Source of the DNA: Blasia pusilla
Taxonomy: Eukaryota
Direction of reading: 5' to 3'
NCBI GenBank assembly: GCA_050084515.1
Contig: CM114271.1
Coordinates: forward strand, 17,112,001-17,176,000
Length of the DNA: 64,000 bases
The notes beneath the pieces are model-generated. The model did no database searches, had not been told where the DNA came from, and saw only the letters and a program-made list of their open reading frames with translations. This document shows, piece after piece, positions 51,501 to 64,000 of the stretch (position 1 is the first letter of the stretch; each line of letters begins with the position of its first letter). A program made the translations under genes and the position numbers.

Positions 51501-54500
51501 CGTAGATATTGAAACCCAGGAGCTTCTTTTCGCGGTTGAGCACACCCCTGGCCCAAACCTGGAACTTTTGGCGATAATACTTGACATCTTCAGAGAATCC
51601 TGTCTTCATCACCCCTTGGCCGAAACCCAAGTGCAGCAATGCATGCTCTTTCGCTGAGAAATCCATGTCGGTGAGTCGGTGTTCTCTCTCTTCCACCTCA
51701 CTGAGAAACTTGGACAGAGTGTATTTCGGCTTCAGTGATGTTCTCCTCCTCCTCTTCCCTTGGTACGTGCGTTCCTGCATTTCCGACTTCTTAAACCTCG
51801 CTCCGCCATCTCTGGATTGGCCCGGCTGATTGCGTCGCTCAATGCTCGAAGGACCAGGAGAAATGGGCCGCTTTTCTTCTTCTTCGGTTATCATTGCCCT
51901 CATTTTCGGTGAGATTCCCCCGAAGCTCATCAATTGCTGAGGCTGAGTCTTCTTCAGTGATGATTCTCGTGGTGAAAATCTTCCAGCTACAGCCTTTGGC
52001 GAGTTGGGGTTGCCCCAAGGGGAGAGCGCACCCGATTTATACAGCTCGAGAGAGTCCCGAGGAAATGCCTGATTAGAAACAACAGGTACAGAGAAAGGGC
52101 GCCCTGCAGAGCGTACACTGCCATGCACATGGCCCGAAGGCCGACTGTCTCGCTTTGCTTTCGCGGATCGAGCTGTGGCCACTTTCGCGTGTCCCACCGC
52201 GAGTTCTCGCAGAAGATCAGGGGTTTTGAGTATGACGTCCGGCAGGCCGGCAGGGGTTTTGATAATTTGTGACTTGAAGTTGGAAGTTGCGCGCTTCGAG
52301 GGCCTTGGAACCAGTGATGGTCGACCCCATTCCTTCTCTCTGATTTTTATTTCTTCCTTGCAACGATGGTGTGTCGTAGGCCTGCTCAGTATCGGATTCC
52401 ACCGGACCGAAACTTGTCACAACCTCACATTCTAGACATCTTAGTGCGAGCCACATGGCATTGCAGCACGATTGGAGGAGCTGTAGAGAACTATCAGAAG
52501 TATTCTATGAGGCTAGGAGCATTTCATACACTCCCCTTTGCAGGCATTTGTGAGCAAGAGATAGGGTGGGTGAAGGTGGTAAGTATTCTCTGAGGCTAGA
52601 GATCTTTGGTTGGGGGGGTAAGGAACAGAGTTTCAGCACAATTTCTGCAGTGGTTTGATTAATTAGACTATGTGGACGAGGTTGCTGTTTCTTACGCGTA
52701 TTGGTACACAAATGTTGAAACCCGGGGAAGACGGAGAATTGGTTTCCTGTGACTCGTAATCTCCATTACAATCTGTCAGATGCGACGTCGACATTAACAC
52801 TCTCTCCTTTAGGCATGCCCCTTTAATCTTGCGCTCTTCTAGGTGTCAGCCAAGATACTCTTTACAAACACTATCTATCTTACCTCAATTCTGACCTCAC
52901 AAAACAGCTTCTCCTCTATGGTCACAAAGCTATGGCAGATTCCTACTTTACTCTGCCATCCCCCTTTCCCGGAGATTGCAGTCGTGTGGTTGATTTTTCA
53001 TGGGAGGCTTAGGTTCACTTTCATGAAATGAATCTCCACATGAAAGGAGAATCGGAGCTCAATACTTGCTAACCATTGACAGCAGGACATGTCTGCCGGT
53101 GCCAGGACTGTTTTTGAAACAGGGTCGAAGGTGTAATCTGTCATCAGTTCTCTTCTGTGGGTGGAAAAACTACACAATGTGGAAACATAACGCCTTGCGA
53201 ATGGACCTGTTATAAAATGCTCCACGTGAAAGGAGAAGGTGAGCCCATACTTGCTACCAGTTGATACTAGACAACTAATGACTACGGATGGCCATATAAT
53301 CGAGTTTCCCCTCACTTCTGTGGGTGAAAGTGGAGGTCTACTCAGTAAATTAAATCAGTCCACTCCTGTGGGTGAAACTACACATTGTGGAAACACAATG
53401 CCTTACGAAATGATTTGTGAGGAGATACTCCTCATGACAGGAGAATGTGAGCTCAATATTTGGTACTGGTTTATAGCAGACACTGGCTGCAGGTGGCAAG
53501 ATTTTTTTTGAAACAGAACCAATGTCAAATCTGGATTTCTGAAAGGAGTTCTCTTCTGTGGGCAAGACTTCACACTGTGGAAACACAGGGCCTTACGAAT
53601 CTTCGTGGAGTTATCAAGATTTACGTTTAGTATGCAGGACTTTCCATACACTTGATGTTTTTCCATACATGGACAAAATCCTGAGTAAAAGGTTGAAGGC
53701 AAATTTTCTAAGACTTACTCGACACTCGCCTGCTTTTACGAAGAACATCTCAAACGATTCGTCACCTTGGAACGTCACCACTGATCAACGAAAATCAAAA
53801 CAGTTTCATGTTAAGGAGGGTGAATGGAGGTAATTTCCAGCAATTTCCTTCTTATGACATTTTCAAATGAAAAGCTTATCTTCATCATATGCTATCCGCA
53901 TCACTTTTGAGGTCTAATTGCAAAAAATTGGCAGGAGACATAAGAAAAAAGCAAATCACATGCAAAGTGCTCTTCACAAATTGGTGAAATCTAGGGTCAT
54001 GTGCATCTTTGGACCTCATGTTGTGGCGGGGAAACGGATTGAACATTGAGAAAGTAGGTGAGAATAACCTCCACATTTGAAAACTAAAGCAAGTCAGAAA
54101 TAAAAAACTCAAAGGAACCACCCCCACAATGGATAAGTACAAAGCCACAAAGAACCCCTACCACTAATGGGCTTGGATTGAGTGAGGTTTTCTAGCTAGC
54201 TTCGGCACCGATGGTGCAAGGAAGATGACTTCTATTCTAGGAAAATTCCCAACATTCAATTATAAGGGAGTTGTATCGTACTAATGTTGTATCTTATCAC
54301 GGGTGAACACGAAAAGCGTAAGGGGGAAGACTTCCAAATCCAACCCCAAGAGACAACACATGCTACTCCACTTTTATTCTACACAATGAGCCCAAACCAA
54401 GGAACTTTCGAGATACATCATGTGGTAGGAGATACCAACGCTAACTATTCCGCTTTCCAAAGATTGTTTATACTGTTGGTGAAAACTAGAGAACTTTTTT

Positions 54501-57500
54501 TTTTCACTCCAATACTTACTATGGACTTTGGAGTTCATAATTCGTTACCTCTATGGCATTTAAATCAAAATAAAATACTTGGAGGGTTCCTCCATCCATT
54601 GTAGGAGTCTGTTCCCTCCTCACAAAGGCAAAGGACCAGCACACTAATCTATGCCAACAAGTGTCACCAAATTATTCATCCCAAGTTTGTATAGCTTACC
54701 TCTGTTTTTGGTATATGTTCGTGAAGTGAGAACGTTCGCCAGCCGCAGTAAGCTTTGCTTGGAGACGTCAGAAAAAGCCGAAATGCTCTACGAAATGAAA
54801 GGGCTAATCAACATCAAAAGGGCTCCATGAAGGTTGATGAAATTTGTGAAATGGAGTCCTCTTGTAATAATGTAAGAATGAAGGGCATCCAGCTCATGAA
54901 AGGTGATCATTGTGTCTGCAGGAGTTGTGGAACGAAGTACTATTTTTGACTCGGGGACAAAGGTATGAAGAAATCTTCACCTTTAGAAAACGAACACGCT
55001 CCTTGAGCTCGGGAGTTTTCTCAATCCTCAAAATAGCGTCATAATCCTTCTTCGTTAACGTGAGTAACTCCGACTGCATCGAAGGAGGAAATTAGTTTCT
55101 TAAAGAGGAAATCGAATAGTTGCTAGTCAAAGAGCCCAAAGGAAAGCTTGACCATGGACTAATCGGAAGAGCTGAGGAGAGAACATCACCCACTACACAA
55201 GTTCGATCCGAGCCCATTGCCGTTAGAGTCTTTAGAACATCTATATTGTTATGGGGAGATACTACTTTTGTCCATAGCGTTTAATATTTGTGGAACATGA
55301 GAACAAGAAAATGTTGAGAGGAATTTCTCAGTTTTGAGTAAACCCTTAGGCACTGGGCTCCAAACTAGTATACAAACGGTGGAACCAAACCGTGATATCC
55401 ATCTTTGAAGCACAATATTCATCTATCCCATGATGTGCTGATAAAATCCGAAGACTGTAAGACGGTTTGATGCAAGACCAGATTCTTCCAGCAGTAACCA
55501 CGACATTCAAGGCCAAATTTCCACTTCCAGTTAAAATTCTCTAGATATTTCTGATTGACGGTTTGCTGTAACCCTTTTGACATCTAATTGTAGGATTGGA
55601 GAATTTGCAGTGCACTTCCACTCACGAGCTATTCTTCTGCATAATCTCCGTATGTTCACACTCCAACCATTAATGAATGGAAGGACAGCTATGATCGTGC
55701 AATTGATAGGTGAAGCACTTTTCTGCACTGTGCTTACCCTCTCGGTGGTGAAAGTTGTTTCGGTCCTGTTGGCACAGAAAAGAGCAGAAAAAGTGAGAAT
55801 TGTAAGACATGAATTCAGCCTTCAGCACAAATCACAGGTTTTTTCTTTTTATGGTTGTGATTCTCAGGTAACCCTGGAGTAAGTGTGAATCATACATGAA
55901 TCACATTTAATAGTAGGGTAGTGAGCTATCAACTGGCGTGCAGCAACGCTTCCAGATCCATCGAAATTGGAAGCAACCCTTGTCATTGACTTAATTGGAA
56001 GATATGTGTAAAAGAGATGGCAGAGCAGTAGTCTAATTCAGCTCGCACTTGGGGGTGCAGAGAGGATGAACTCTCCTTGGATGGAATCAAAAGCATGTCA
56101 TTGAACTTAACATTGTTCATGAAGGGTTCTCCACGGAGAGTCTCGAGCAATTGCAGGAAATTAAGCGCGACTGAGCATGAGAATGTGTAGGATTCTACTG
56201 TCTGCGATCTAACAAGCTAGCTAGAACGCAAGACTTACATCTTACAATCATCCTTGCTGAGAGCTAGTTCGCCAAAGCAATCACCTGGAAGCATCAATGT
56301 CACTCTGTCTTCCTGGACGCCCTCCTCATATACTGTGGCCTGAAGCAATGGGGCAAGAAGAATGTATGTTAGCACATTGTGGTCTTTCCTCAGACCTTAG
56401 TCAAGACCACAATGGTGCTGCGTCTTGGCAAACACAGATTTTGTCTCTCTGCAGCACTTGGCTTTGGACGCTTAACGGTGTCCTTTAATTTTGGATGCGA
56501 GTTTGTTTGAAAGCAGGACAATTAGGCTGGAGACGCACTATCTGAGACCATATATTGTTCACTTTGATGTCGTAGTTGGGATTCAGAGAGCAGCCTATGA
56601 CTGCAGAGGAGTGTGCTCGAAAATGGGATTCACGTACCCTGACAAGCCCAGTAAACACGATGTAGAATGTGCTGCTCACTGCACCTTGCTGATAAACTGC
56701 ACCTCCATCACACCTTTCCATGATCACTCACCTCTCTAGCTTCAGCTGAAAGTCTCGTGACAAATGAAGCATCCTTGACAAGAAAAGGCGCATATTAAAG
56801 TAAAATTCCTCTTAGATTTTCGTTCCCCTGCAGTCACAAAACCTACAGAGCCAAAAGCGGAAGAGATTTCCAGCTCTCGATTCGTTCTATTCCACTTCGG
56901 AAGTGGGAGCCCTAACAGATCTGCCTTCATTGCTTTCCAACAACACAGATTTCAAAGGTCATTTCCTCAGCCACAATGGAAACAAACGAGTAGCTTTGGA
57001 TGCATAATCGCACCGTATTTCCAGAGAGTGTCAGAATCCCCACTCTAGAGATCGAGCTGACCCTCTCACTACAGAATAGTTAGTTTCACTAGTTCAAGTT
57101 CTATGCATCGTGCAAAGAAGAAAGGTGCGTCGTAGGTGCAACTCTAGTGCATAGCGACGTCCAGACGTGTCTGCTTTGGATGAAGAAGGCAGGGGCGTCC
57201 TGCAAGAATGAGATGAGCTCGAGAGTTGCAAAAGTGGAAGACTTTGGAAGTTAAGGTCGAAGAAAAACATGCCCAAAGTTCAGTCTGACATTAGAATGAA
57301 CCATAAAACCATCGCCTCGAAACCGCCCAAGCTTTGGACGATCACTCAAAGTATCAATGAGTGATCCTTGTTCAAAATCGGAACTATGACCCAGAGCTCC
57401 TTCGGAATTTGGAACATATGACATTGTACATTAAGAAACCTTCGAAATCGGCCAAAAAACACTGACAGTGCCTCGCTCCAAACCTCTTCCGGGATTTCCA

Positions 57501-60403
57501 GCTTTAAGGTTTCACAGCAGCGAATGAGACTTGTCTAGAAACAGCAGCCCTTAATCAATTTGTAGCGACTGCCCCATATAAAGCTTGCATGATCACAGAG
57601 TGCGTAACAGCATTGACTTGTGGGAATGAAAGTGGGCAGTACTCTCACCTGTTAAATTGGGATCCCATCTCTCGTAGCCCAAGTACCTGCATATCTGCCC
57701 ATTTCCAAACATGGCAACTGAATATTTCAAGCCGTGAGGATAGGGCACCGATTCGAAACACTCAAAGTTTGCAGACTTAGCCTATCTATCTCCATCTTCA
57801 AGTTCGAGACGCAGTGCGCGCAGATCTACGAGACTCACAGCTTCTCCATAAATTTCATGGATCACAAGGAGCTCAATCAGGCGCAGCAGACGCACTAGTA
57901 CTATCTATGAGACTGCCAGTTTCTCACATCAGCAAATTTCGCAAACACCTTAATACTGAGCTACGCACGGGCAGATCCGTGAGACTCATAGCTTCTAGAA
58001 CTAGTGCGGATCTCAGCAGATTTCGTCCGTCACCGGCAACTTGGTGGACTTGAAGCTAGGTTACAGATCTCCGTGAGACCCGCAGCTCCGCCACAGATTT
58101 CAGACACGATCTGCCTTGCGCAGCTGCAACACTCGCATCCTGGCAACTGCTTCTCTGCACCATAAGAACCACTCGCTCGCCTTCGCAGTCATGGCCTCCC
58201 TTCCCCCCCTCACTTTTTCACTAACTCAACTGACTTTCTTTCTTCGTCTCTCTCTCTCCGAATCACTCTCTCCATGAATCATTCACTCACTTCTCCACAG
58301 GTTTCGTGCATCACTCACTACATCCGTAAGCACCATTCACTCGCCTGCGAGAGCGAGTGAATGGTCTTTCTTTCTCTCCACAGATTTCGTAGATCGCAAG
58401 CGACTTCACAATCGGACACACGGAATGCTTGTGCAGCCGCATCATTCGCAGTCGAGTCGAGTCGAGTCGCATCGCATCGCATCTTCTATCCCTCACGTGT
58501 CCACGGATTCCTAAGATCGCAAAGGCGCCAGACACACATGAGGCGTTCCATGACGGCGCGACGGATGCAATAACGCGCGAGACGAAAATCAGCGAAGTGA
58601 GAGCACTGACCTCAAGGCGCTTGGCCAGCGGCAGATCGCCGATGAGTTTCACGTCCTTCGCAGATTCTTCCAATATGTACAAGTCACTCTGAGTTCGATC
58701 TTGGGGCCTTTTATTTTGGGCAGTACATATAATCGGATTCCCATCCATTCTCATATCAGAATTTCATATATTCCGATATAAATATTTTAAATATAAAGAA
58801 TATTGAGAAAAATCGTCTCTTTCCATATATATTTTATGAAAAATAATTTAGAAATAAATTTTATTTATGTTAAAATTTATTTTTAAAATATTTTGAAAAA
58901 ATTATATGAAAGAAACGATAATTCTCTATTCGAAATTTACTATTATTTAACAAAATATGAACACGGTGTGAGTGGAAGAGTTTAGACACTTCAATCAACG
59001 AGGAAAAAACTCATCTAGCTTGCTCGCAGGTATTGTACCTCACCGTCACGGTGATCTCTAGCAAGTGTTAGAGCTCGGCCCAAGCATCATTCACGGGTTG
59101 TAAGCTATCGAGCTCACCATCGAAGCCAACACTCGCGAATCTCTGGTTCCTAGTGGTGGTGATGCAGCTCATGGACGGTCATTTCAACTACCACACGACG
59201 AGCTAAGCTCACGAATGCGGACCGGAGATTCGTGATCTTTGATCTCTCCAGCAAGTCTCCCGGCCCCAGTGTGACGTGATTAATTAAGTGCAGCCCCATC
59301 CAATCCTGGTCCACGAGTCTCAAGCCATGAGTTGAGTCTCGAGATTATTGTGGTCTCGCGAGTGCGGTGTACTCACTCGATCGTATCTATGGCGAGTCCA
59401 ATTCGCCCATGAGACGCGCTTCTGGAGTGCTCTCGGCCTTTGTTCGTCGCTGGCCGCATGGGGCCTAGCGACTTCGACTCGAAATCCTCAAGAAATAGGG
59501 CCCGAACGACACTCGCTTACGTCCGAGTGGGGAAGATGTGTGCACACACAATGAGTCTACACGAGAGAGAGAAAAGGGGTGATCCGGGCGGCGGCGCTAG
59601 AAGAACTGACCTTTTCTTCACCACGTTTCGGCGGCTCTCGGTGCGGTAGTGAGCTAAGCCACGCCATCCCTCCAGCGATGGCAACGAGCGGACGACCTGG
59701 GTGGGGTGGGGGGTAAGACAAAATTAAAAAAGTAGGATAAGATCACAGCATATTACGTCATCCATCGGATCCGATCGGATCGAAGGCTCTGCGGGTGCTA
59801 GTATCCGGAACGGGAAATTAAATGCGCTCGCTTTCGACGGCATCTAAAGCTAACGCATTTATGTCGGAAATGCTTTAGCTTTGGATACAGTACAAAACCA
59901 CCCATCACCATTTTGGAGACGAGATCAACGCAACACAGGGTCTCCCACACACCACCGCACTCCGACCAGTCACCAGATGCATGCTCGCGTGCATGCGATC
60001 GATCCACCGTTAATCGCGAGGCACCGGGGAACGTTCCCGCATCCTCAAATCGAATCACGGAGCACCACCCTACGTGGGTCTCCAAGCGTGCGTGCGTGCG
60101 TGCATGCATGCATGCATTCATGCCAGCCATAAACGACGTCCACTTAAACCCTAAACCCTCCCTTCGGATTCTTCTCGCCCCTTTCTCGCATCCAAGGGTT
60201 TCTCGAATTCGGAGGTGCACCGCGAGCGATTGCTGCACGAAATCGAAGAGAGAGAGAGAGAGCGAGAGAGAGAAGGATTTATGATCACATACCGGTGTGG
60301 GAGGAGGATGTAGAGCTGCAATCTGGGGGTCGTCGGGAGGGAGGGCGAGCGAGGTGGGGTTGGGGATGGGCGGTGGTAAATCTGCCATGGTGGATTCGGG
60401 CAT
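48590..60403 (-). CDS. Protein with two cyclic-nucleotide-binding (cNMP/CAP-like) domains, multi-exon
   Basis: In-phase GT-AG exons: ~58754-58611, 57694-57649, 56696-56638 (VYQQGAVSSTFYIVFTGLV), 56339-56239 (GDCFGELAL), 55765-55738, 55073-54981 (ELLTLTKKDY), 54787-54700, 53780-53719 (FQGDESFEMFFVKAGEC), a large exon ~52410-51400, 50877-50824 (LGAGDYFGE) and 49563-49432. The first (60403/60388-60293) and last (~48800-48590) exons are tentative. Confidence 0.75.
53033..53601. repeat. Three diverged ~190-210 bp tandem units inside the cNMP gene
   Basis: Recurring ctccac.tga.aggagaa...ctgtggg...cac.tgtggaaacac...gcctt.cgaa at ~53033, ~53220 and ~53428. Confidence 0.75.
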
Positions 60404-61144
60404 GCGGGGAACGTTACGGCAGCGAGGCGTAAGTCGCCGTGCGAGGAGCTATGAGGTCCAGAGGAATCGCGCTGGATCGATCTCGAAGGTCTGCACGATC
60501 TCGCGTTCTTCGGACAGCCGAAAAGCCGAATGGATGCTGCGCTGCGTTGCTGGTCCTAGCATGTCAGATTGGAATTCCCCCAAGGAGGACCCACCAATCG
60601 AAGCGCCCTTCCTCTCACCCAAGATCCGAACGCTCCTTCGCCCGCCCCGGAACCTCCGAGGATCGGGAACCGTGGGGGCACGGCCGAAAGCCGCTCGATC
60701 CGAAGCTCTCTCCGCTCATTCTCTCTTTGGCCATGATGCCCCGGGGATTTCGACGAGCGCCCAGATCGCAACTCCGGAACCACTCCGCGTCTTAGCTCCT
60801 CTCTCAGCCCCCGGCCCCGGGTAGTTATCATGTCTCCGCGCTCTCATTCCCTTCCCTTCCCTTCGTTTCACCTCCCCACCAACTGTCATCTCCCTGGGGG
60901 ACACGATCCCGACGGCCACCGTCGGAGACCGTCAACTGTGGTTACCGTATGTGTACAGAATACCAACTGTGCTGGGTGAGCTCTGGCCATACAGTACACT
61001 GCTCACTTTCGGATATTTCGCGGGGCGGATGGATGTCGGGGGAGAGACAGACACTCTGTCCATTTACTCACCGTGTCCGTCCACGAGCTTTCCCGCCCCC
61101 CATCGTCGTTCGAATCTATCTGGCTGTTTAGGCTGTCTATGTCT

Positions 61145-61187
61145 AAATAGCCAGTTTTCTATTTAACGAATAGAAAACTGGCTATTT
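61145..61187. repeat. Perfect 19-bp inverted repeat with 5-nt loop
   Basis: aaatagccagttttctatt-taacg-aatagaaaactggctattt. Confidence 0.85.
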
Positions 61188-63483
61188 CATCCACTTTTTT
61201 ATTTAAGTTTTATATTCTTCTTGTTAGGGGATTATTTTTCTGATGGTTTGTTTCATTATGAGAAACATCGAAACCTTTATGTATATACCATTTTATGAGG
61301 ACATATAGTTATTCAAGTTCAGGAAATAAAAAACGAAAATTTGGGGAAGAAGTAGGAAAAAAAATCTGTTAGGGGAAGATGACATGATTTTTTTTCCAAT
61401 AATGGAAGTCAAAACTTTGGAAGAAAAAACCACACGCAAAAATGTACTTTGTCGGCGTGTTCCTCTCTTACCAACAACCTTGTTAGGAACTCGTTATTTA
61501 ATAGGCCTCTTGGCCTTGCCATAGATGAGCTCTAAGATTTATGCTTGCCTAGAAAGTTCTATTACAACTTCATGAGTCTATGAGGTACTACCTCCTCCTT
61601 TGCCTTGGACTTGCTACTCAATAGGCCTTTTGGACATAGTTGCTCGTATTTTGACATTAATTTTCTTATCATGGATCGTAGTAACTTAATACTTTATCAA
61701 GTTATCAAGTCCGCTAACATAGGCTTTCTATGTCGTAATAGTTTTGTAAAAGACGTCTTCACAAATTTCCTCAAAATAAGCAATTGGAGCTTCTTTTTAA
61801 ATGAGAAGTATGGGATGTGGTTTTTTAAGGGTCACTTTCATGGATGGTTTTCCAGGAAAAAGAGGGGAGTATGTTGCTTAAACAAGATTTTAAAAAGAGG
61901 AGCAAGTTTAGAAAGGGGGGAATTGGGGATGGGGGAAAGTTCATGAAAAATGGATGAGAACCTTTTTGGAAGTTTCTTTTACCTTGCATTGCATATACAT
62001 ACATGCCACTTGACTAGTATAATATAATATTTAACTTAAATGGAAGAAGGAAGGCACTAGTGTATTATCCATGTGTTATGTTACTCTTGTGTTGGAGCAA
62101 AAAAAAAAAGCGAACTCCTTGTTTTCAATTGTTCATATTTCATTTGATGTCTACCCCAATAGCCAATAGATGTGTGTCAATGAATGCTAGGAACCAAGAT
62201 TCCTAGAAGAACTTTTTCTCTTACACATATAAATAAAATATTTATCTGGAATTTCTATGATTAAGATAAGATTGAGCCTTATTTTTGGCCATGGCTCTAT
62301 TTTTATTTTATTTTTAACTCAAGATCAAAGATTACAAGGATTTTGGTACGCGAGACCAAGACCTACAAAAGTGGGTAAAATATCTAATGTTAGGATACAT
62401 TTTATTTTCATTTCATACCCTTAAGCACGATAAATATACAGGCCTACTTTCTTTTATTCCCTGAATTAAAAAATTAAATCCAAGGATCTTTTTAAAATAA
62501 AATTTCTTTATTATAAATTATTCTGAATTTCAATATCTTCCTCGCTTGACATATTTTTGAAAAAAACAACATATGTGACTTACATGTTCCTCTACAGCAT
62601 ATTTACTTTCATGATAATAAAAAAAAGATATGTGATCGCCGTGTTCCTCTTTAGCTTGATACGTTTTTTTATTATTTAAAAAAAACCACATGTGTGGGTA
62701 AGCATGACCACCATGGGATAGAAATTGCACCCAATCAAGAAACTTGGAACCCCATAATATGTAGTACTCTTGTTATTGTTGCACAGAAAGAAACGATTTG
62801 CTGTGTCCCATAAGTACGTGTGAGATGACATTAATACCTTTAAACATGAGTACTTAGAAACTGCAGGAATCTGTCGGCCCCAAAACGTATAGGCCTAATG
62901 ATCTCAGAAGAGCTCTTAATTGGCTCTCTAGAGATTCCCAATTATATACTCGCCACTCACAACGAAAATAAGCAAAGAAAGTTTGCCTATGGGTTTCCAA
63001 AAGAGCAAAGAGCGAATAAAGTGCAGCCAACTTTTGGCACTTTAGGTCACATCGAAACTCGAGAGGAGACAACGGCTTTTGGAAGAGATGTGTAAGGAGA
63101 GAATGAAACATTTCATAAGTCGTGAGAAAGGAGAAGAAATCATTGCATGCAAAGGAGGCTTGAGGACACTTGGGAGAAGTGAGCGATTGGTAGCCCTTTT
63201 AATAATTGTGACGTTTGAGTAGTTGGCTGAGTGTATTTACCAATAGTGATGTGTAGGTAACAAGATAGTCTCATTTGAGCACCCAAAAAACTTAAGAAAG
63301 GATTTCTTAGGTGTGCTTATTCTCGTCCAGGCTAATCATAGCTTGATTAATTTGGTTGCCATTCAAGGGAGTTGTTTATACAGCTGCTCCTGAAATGTTT
63401 TTACCTTCCTTAAAAAAAATTAAATTGTGTATTTGATTGATACTTTTGCTACTCTCTTCATTTTCAAGCAATATATATGCTAA

Positions 63484-63620
63484 TCTATACTATTATTTGA
63501 GAAGCACTTCTCAAATGGCGACACGGGTTGCATTTTTGAAACCTTCAAACGGCGACACGCGACAGGCCATACATATGTAAAGGATTGTGCATCGCACGGT
63601 CCCTCACGAGCCCTAACTAG
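63484..63620 (+). mobile_element. Miniature non-autonomous Helitron
   Basis: A|TCTATACTATTAT start, subterminal hairpin (tt)gtgc-atc-gcacgg, CTAG|T end, no TSD. Confidence 0.6.
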
Positions 63621-64000
63621 TCCCATAGATCCCAACTCCTTGTTTCCTCACAACTTTCTTAAAGTAATGGAAATTCTTAATTTTTGCAACTTAGGGTTCA
63701 CTTCTAAATTGCTCACATCTTGGAAGAGATTATGGGTTAATATTTCAAATTTTATGAATCTCCATTCAATATTAAAAACATATGTAAAAAATTATTCGTT
63801 GAAATTATAAGGATTTTTGCATTTGACATGCTTAAGATAAATTGGAATTTTTTTAGTTGGAAATAGGATTTTTTTCTCAAGTCACTCCGTGAATTTTTTA
63901 AAAAGACTTGAAGTATTTTGGAGATAAAGCTATTTTGATGAAATAGGGGTTTCAAATTTTAATACAAATTTTGTAGTAATATTTTTATGATCAAGACTTA

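Noticed and set aside
56239-56339. Apparent frameshift suggesting the cNMP gene is a pseudogene
   Set aside because: Re-reading gives an intact in-phase exon (ATVYEEGVQEDRVTLMLPGDCFGELAL).
60297-60824. 175-aa plus-strand ORF
   Set aside because: Antisense to the GC-rich 5' region of the cNMP gene, with a GTG start and no recognisable homology.

Overview
Eukaryotic, intron-containing plant DNA that looks moss-like (inferred from the gene set, introns and repeats; species not determinable). There are three host genes: a three-domain prosaposin-like gene (+, 23638-26381), a VID27/CYPRO4 gene (-, 29761-32291) and a multi-exon gene for a protein with two cyclic-nucleotide-binding domains (-, ~48600-60400). 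They sit among transposon debris. The standout is a complete but degenerate 10.3 kb Ty3/gypsy retrotransposon (6556-16862, 4-bp ATCG target-site duplication). It encodes Gag-protease-[DNMT3-like C5 cytosine methyltransferase]-RT-RNaseH-integrase-[PHD finger]. Its ends are split direct repeats (A...internal...B-A-B), not ordinary LTRs. Relatives at 35.3-44.3 kb show the same terminal logic. Also present: an 8-bp-TSD TIR DNA transposon (3219-5830), a mini-Helitron, fold-back elements, tandem repeats and a promoter array of 23-bp dyad motifs.
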